Part shown: positions 58,679 to 64,000 of the stretch, piece by piece
How positions within the stretch are numbered: the first letter of the stretch is position 1
How the letters are laid out: each line of letters opens with the position of its first letter
Source of the DNA: Epithemia pelagica
Lineage: Eukaryota; Protista; Bacillariophyta
Assembly (NCBI GenBank): GCA_946965045.2
Contig: OX337240.1
Coordinates: forward strand, 1,364,001-1,428,000
Direction of reading: 5' to 3'
DNA length: 64,000 nucleotides
The notes under the pieces: generated by a model
Databases searched by the model: none
The model's input: the letters and a program-made list of their open reading frames with translations, nothing else
Told to the model about the DNA's origin: nothing
Made by a program: the position numbers and the translations under genes

Positions 58679-59482
58679 TTAAATTTCAATTCGTGTCTTG
58701 ACAAGAGACAAGGGAGTCGATTTGATGGATTCCAATTCTTCCAAGAGTTGTTCATCACTCATATCGGAGCAGTCGTCAAAGGGCGTGTCGGCCAGTATGA
58801 GTGCTACCGTTTGCGAATGGTCACGATACGGGGACAAGTCACATTCAATCGTGGTGGCGGTGAGGGAGGAGAATCCTCGCAAGGCCATAATGGCCTGTGC
58901 CTCATCAATTTTGCCCCGTAAACTCTCTTCTTGAGCGAGCAAATAGTCAACGGCCCTGCCCAATTTCACATGCTTGGCTTGCATTCGTTTGACTTTGCGC
59001 ATGGACAAGACGGCACCAATCGAGTTTTGACAGGCCAAGCGCGCCTTGGATCGATCCAAATGGACGCTAATGTCTTTGCTCACCGTTTCCTGTCGAATAC
59101 GTTGGGTAGAGATGCATTGTCGAATGATGGAGGCAAGTTGTTGTGCTTCCACTTCCATTTTCTCAATCCTGTCGTCTTCGGGCAAGAGTCGAGACGAATG
59201 AGAACTCGTGTCCGAGTCGTCGTCATTCTCATCGTCGTGGTCAATCTTGAGCGCCGATGTGGACATGACCGAAGCCAAGGGGCGTAGTTTCGCCATGCGT
59301 CGTAATTTGACACTGTTGCCGCCTTGGGTAAAGCTGCGTCGTGGTTTGGGAGACTTGCCGGATCGACCTCCTCCGAGACTGAGCAAACCGGTGGATCGGA
59401 CCGACGTATCGGTCAGGGAGGAATCATCGCTCAAATGGCCGTGTACATTGCCGTTGCCGTAGCGTTTGTTGATTGCAAGCAT
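58679..59482 (-). CDS. Hypothetical coiled-coil protein with weak Snf7/ESCRT-III resemblance
   Basis: 267-aa ORF with QNSIGAVLSMRKVKRM and C-terminal SDEQLLEELES. Confidence 0.55.
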   Translation of the reverse strand: MLAINKRYGNGNVHGHLSDDSSLTDTSVRSTGLLSLGGGRSGKSPKPRRSFTQGGNSVKLRRMAKLRPLASVMSTSALKIDHDDENDDDSDTSSHSSRLLPEDDRIEKMEVEAQQLASIIRQCISTQRIRQETVSKDISVHLDRSKARLACQNSIGAVLSMRKVKRMQAKHVKLGRAVDYLLAQEESLRGKIDEAQAIMALRGFSSLTATTIECDLSPYRDHSQTVALILADTPFDDCSDMSDEQLLEELESIKSTPLSLVKTRIEI

Positions 59483-60405
59483 GATTACGACAACAACAAA
59501 ATTTGGTAGAGAGTAAATACAGAGAGTTTAAGATATGTACTTTGTTTTGGTAGCTTGGTTTGTGACGAGAGCTTCAGTCCATCGATTCCTCTTTCGATCT
59601 AAAGTTCGAAATCACCTCGACAAAGTCTCCTTGTCTTTTTTGTCACACCGATGACTATTGGAAGAGTTAGGCCCTACCAGATATGGATTCATCACTCATA
59701 ACTTTCACTGACCATCGAAATCGACGGACCTAATAATCGATGGTTTTGATGTTGAGGGGCAGGGACTATGGGGGCAATCATCCAAATATATCAATACTGG
59801 TTGGGATGCTCCCCCCGCCGGTAACGTCCCCCACTGTGTCACAATTGCCTTCCTGTGGTTCATACTGGCAGAGAACGGCATTATGACCCTGTGACATTTA
59901 TAATTGGGGGAAGGAAGCATTCACTTATTAGTTGAAAGACATTGGTTTTTTGATGGGACATCTAAAGCGATCGGGGCTCAGGTAACCCTCTTTTCATCCC
60001 AAATCTGAAAAACAATGAAGACAATCAACTGTTCACTGTCCAAACGTCTCGTTCTCATATCCTTTACAGAAGTAGTTTCGTAGAAGTACTCGTGTGCGTC
60101 TGTTCCTTTGGATACTGCGTAGTGTAGTTTCCTCTTAAATGTAGATCTGATGGATGATGATACACTCAAAGCACAGGCGACCGAGACGCCAACCTCATTG
60201 GACCCTCTCTGCCTCACAAGTGCAATCATGAAGAAGCCGGAAGTTCCCCTTCTTCCGGTTCTCGGACCAACTCAAAACAGGAGACTGTCGATTCTGACCA
60301 AACTTGCACTTTGGCACTGCAACAATGAAAAAGATAATGGATGCTTTCTTCAAGACGCCTTCCATCCAAACTGCCGAGTAGATTGACGTTGTTTTACCTG
60401 CATTC

Positions 60406-61637
60406 TTATTCGTGAAAGGACGGGAGTTTGGCTTCCAACATGCCTCCTGGTCCATTGTGAAAGGACCACGGGATACCCACCATGGAAGGAGGTGCCCAAA
60501 GCGGTGGATACCAAAAATGGTACACAATGGTACAGATGGAACCTCCCAGCAGTAATCCGGCAACGACATCGGCCGGATGATGCCAATAGTCGGCCACACG
60601 ACTCGCTGCCACAAACAATACCCAACTCCAGGGAAGCAAACAAATGAGCAATCCCAGTATTCGTTGTTTCATGTTCTTGTGGCCGTTTTTCGATTGACCA
60701 CTGTTGTTGTTACTGTTCAGTGAGAAGGCAGACGGTGCTATCGGGGACGATTTCAGGAGTTTTCCCAAGAGGTACCAAACCAGAAACGTCATTCCACAAC
60801 ACGCCAAGCTGGAATGGCCCGACGGAAAGGTGAGGTTGGCCTCCGCAATTTGGGCCATTGAGGCCGTACAGGCTCGTTTTTCCATATCAAATTGACAGAG
60901 TGCATAGAAGTTGGGCCTTCGTTGTTGCATGTATAATTTCAGAAGATGGGTCGCCGCCTCGGAGAGACCAACGGCAGAACTCAAACCGCAAATACCCGAG
61001 TGCAGATCGTACCATCTATGGATCATGGAAGAATGCTTGCTGAACCAACCCACCACAACTACAATACAAAGGGGAACCCAGATCGAAGTCAGAATTAACA
61101 AGGAAGCTGTGTCCGTTTGTTACGTGTCGCCGACACAACAGGAGACGAGTATGTGAGATAATCACGTTAGGTCAATAGAGTTTGGATATTCACAAGCTTT
61201 TGCTTTTGAAATCGCTTACATGGAATGGTGGGTGGATCAATCAGAGGTCGATTGTGTACGCCATCCAAAATCACATCCCCCGCTTTTGTGGTCTGATAGG
61301 GCACAACCTTGTGCGCAATCTGAGATAGGGAACCTTGAATGAGATCTCGGGGATAGTTCCATCCAATATATGCTACACTCATGGCACAAATTGCTTGTAC
61401 AAGAAGTTGTTTGCGGTGATTGCTCATGGTTGAGAATCCACTGGTCGAATTGTTACAGGAGTCACTGGAGGAACTTGCAGCAGTGCTGCTACTTCTCGAA
61501 GGAGTCTCCGCCATAATGTTACTGCTGCTATCCTTACCAACCGGCGCCAGCGAGGAACTCGAATGCGGGGGATCCATTCGAGACGCAAAACAAGTTCCGA
61601 TTCGTCTGATGCATTCGACGAGGGAATGAGGCCGCAA
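60406..61637 (-). CDS. PAP2-family lipid phosphate phosphatase
   Basis: Exons 61637-61220 and 61106-60406. Motifs K-x6-RP (KLYMQQRRP), PSGH and SRVADYWHHPAD. Start codon uncertain. Confidence 0.9.
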
Positions 61638-62033
61638 AAATGGAGTCGTAGCCCCCAGCGGGGTTGAGTCATTAGGATTAGTGATTCGATGAGATTATGC
61701 ATCTCCTATTCACGACACATGTGCGACCTCACTTTTCACCCCTGCTTGGGAGTATTGTAGAGGGAGTCGCACTAAAACATCATCCACATGCTATGGGCCC
61801 TTTTCATATCCGATTATAGAGTTTTTTGATTGATACGAATAAGAGTATCTACAAACAGTAACGATAAACCCATAATGAAGATACCCACAACAAATGAATG
61901 GTTTCTAAGCTATCTCATAAGAATAACTATAGGAAATCGCTTTTGTTGATGATTTGTTGGAAATGGTATAAACTAAAACACGATACAATACGGGAAACCA
62001 ACTGAAAGCGCCAGCTTGCTGATCATATTTCTT

Positions 62034-63038
62034 CTATTGTTGTTTTTGTTGTGATTGTGGTTGAAATAGTCCCACTCGATCCGCGAGGTAGAGAGAGCAT
62101 GTGAGACTGGCAAAATGACTCAGCAAAATATTGGTATTGGCCTGTACAATCAAGACATCCAAGGGTTGGACGAATCCTACTGGCGTGGTGGCTCCGGCAG
62201 CCGCCCCATAGACATTTCCAAAGGTACTTCCCGCCGTCAAAACCTTGAGCGCCAAGGATCCGACAATCTCTTCCGCCGCGAGCAGTGTCAAAAACAAACC
62301 CACCAAGTTCAAACTGACTTGAACCCGAATCGCACGTCGTAACAGTTCACCCGGTGTGGCAGGAAGAAAGGGGGATTTTTGTCCCTGTCGCGAATTGGGT
62401 GGTCTTTGTTGCTGCCTTTGTTCTTGTGCAGAAGAAGTTTGGGGTGGAACCACCGACTTGTCCCGAAGCAATCGACGAGAGAGTCTCGTTCCGTTGCCCC
62501 ATGTCCACAAAATCGACAGAAAGGAAACCGTCAAACCCAGTGCCGACAAGAAAAACGAAGGTGGATTGCCCGCTCGATTGGCTTTGGTAGCATTCGACGC
62601 AAACAAGAGAATTGTACAGCTAATCACCGTCAATATCGTTTGCGCCCACCATGAAAACCAAGATGTCCGTTTCAGCATTCGGCTCGCCTCTTGAACCAAT
62701 GGATTGACGTTGTTGTTGCCCACACGAGGAGGGACGTTGTTACCGATACTTTCGTGTAATCGCACCAAAGCTCTGGAATCGTTTGTCGTACGCTTCCTCG
62801 CCGTCAGAGACCTCGGAAATGAATATTTCTGCGAACATGAACTAGAGAAAAGGTTCCGCCGAGAACCTGAGAAATGTTTGATGCTTACGATCCCAGGTTC
62901 GAATGGAGATTTCCCATTCACTGAGGAGTGATCGGATCTGCTTGTTGTCCTTTGAGATAGGTGAAAAGATGCAACAAAATTCATGCCGCTCAAGAGCAGA
63001 AGTGCTGCATAAGCGAAACTCCGATTCATGGCTCTCAT
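62034..63038 (-). CDS. Plastid-targeted membrane protein, DUF3611-like
   Basis: Signal peptide ending VAS|FH. SWWAQTILTVIS, NLVGLFLTLLAAE and LDVLIVQANTN resemble the cyanobacterial/plant DUF3611 family. Confidence 0.72.
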   Translation of the reverse strand: MRAMNRSFAYAALLLLSGMNFVASFHLSQRTTSRSDHSSVNGKSPFEPGIVSIKHFSGSRRNLFSSSCSQKYSFPRSLTARKRTTNDSRALVRLHESIGNNVPPRVGNNNVNPLVQEASRMLKRTSWFSWWAQTILTVISCTILLFASNATKANRAGNPPSFFLSALGLTVSFLSILWTWGNGTRLSRRLLRDKSVVPPQTSSAQEQRQQQRPPNSRQGQKSPFLPATPGELLRRAIRVQVSLNLVGLFLTLLAAEEIVGSLALKVLTAGSTFGNVYGAAAGATTPVGFVQPLDVLIVQANTNILLSHFASLTCSLYLADRVGLFQPQSQQKQQ

Positions 63039-63411
63039 TCTTGTCTGCTTGCCGTCGATGTGATCTGCTCTCTTTCGATCGTCTCTGATACTTATGTCTG
63101 TAGCAAAGGAGAAAGGAGTATAGCTCGTCGCCGACTCTTCTCTATGTTTGTGTCGGCGTCTTGAATCTTGTGCCCGTACACCTCCGTCGATGCAATGGCA
63201 TACATAATATCCGCGACCACTATTTTTGATTTTTGTAATCCATCACCATAAAGCCGATGACCACAAGAAACAACTGCTTCGATATGATCATGTAGCTTAT
63301 TAATCTTAGAACGGTAATGTAGAAGAGCTCATGTTCCTGAAACTATACAGTCACAATTATGGTTGTATTCAAAATCATAGTCAACATGTAAGTCCTGGCC
63401 TATTCGAACAC

Positions 63412-64000
63412 CTACTTGGTGACCTCTTCGATTTTCTTTTCCACCTTCTTCATGAAACCTTCGGCATCAAAATCTTGTACCATGTCTTTCAAGTTGGAGA
63501 TGCTATTCATGATACCTTCCGTGTCGGGCAGAGTCGCGGAATCATCGCTACCCTTGAAGGACAACTTGAGGTTTTCCAATTTGGCCGCGCCTTCACTGTT
63601 CAACTGAAAGCGTACAAAAGTGTCGGATTCTTCCAATTCGTAGACCGAGTTGAAGGCAAAGTATCCGGCAGCAAGGATTGGGAGGAAGATGTTGGGGTGG
63701 AAGAACATGCTGTTTTCGACAATGGGATGTCCAGTCAAGGCTTCCCACATGGCAAAGTAGGTAATGGCCAACATGGCACTACGTCCATGACTCACTTCCA
63801 CTTCTCGCAATCCCTTGCGCGAGTAGGCATCATCACCAATCGAGTTGTACAGATTCAGAGGATCAAAGCCATAGTCACCAGCCACACCCCACTTCCACAC
63901 GTCGGCCATGTCCTTGTTGTGCATGCGACCGGATGGTGTGTTGCTCACTTGGCGGAAACAAGTCTTGTACTCCAAGAATCCAATGGCACCGAAAATGGCA
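63412..64000 (-). CDS. Light-harvesting-complex-like (chlorophyll-binding motif) protein, 5' end outside the window
   Basis: GDYGFDPLNL and LREVEVSHGRSAMLA (ExxHxRxAM LHC motif). The frame is open to the window edge. Confidence 0.82.
   Translation of the reverse strand, partial: AIFGAIGFLEYKTCFRQVSNTPSGRMHNKDMADVWKWGVAGDYGFDPLNLYNSIGDDAYSRKGLREVEVSHGRSAMLAITYFAMWEALTGHPIVENSMFFHPNIFLPILAAGYFAFNSVYELEESDTFVRFQLNSEGAAKLENLKLSFKGSDDSATLPDTEGIMNSISNLKDMVQDFDAEGFMKKVEKKIEEVTK

Overview
Gene-dense eukaryotic nuclear DNA from a diatom, probably pennate. Evidence: an aureochrome (bZIP+LOV), a silicon-transporter remnant, bipartite plastid-targeting presequences, short GT-AG introns and secreted SET-domain proteins. 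About 25 coding loci are supported, including SOD1-like, mitochondrial EF-Tu, RPL7A, a Kelch protein, CHMP2, RPS26, VSR, L-LDH, an ApaH-like phosphoesterase, two secretory SET proteins, a P-loop NTPase, aureochrome, DsbA-like, SGNH, RING, EamA, anoctamin, a 2319-aa USP, PAP2, DUF3611 and an LHC-like protein. The accessory layer has four parts: two near-identical 810-bp TTAA-flanked (piggyBac-like) MITEs; a 176/162-bp higher-order tandem array; a 412-bp direct repeat bracketing a RING fragment and an NTPase; and a 2.6-kb element at 31534-34166. That last element is the most notable feature. It has perfect 26-bp terminal inverted repeats with TA ends and no transposase, and it carries scrambled host-gene fragments (a deleted and frameshifted silicon transporter, an Obg GTPase N-terminus, and an unidentified piece). 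It looks like a Pack-type gene-capturing DNA transposon. No rRNA, tRNA or CRISPR was recognised. All protein calls are by motif recognition, not database search, and exon boundaries were read by eye.
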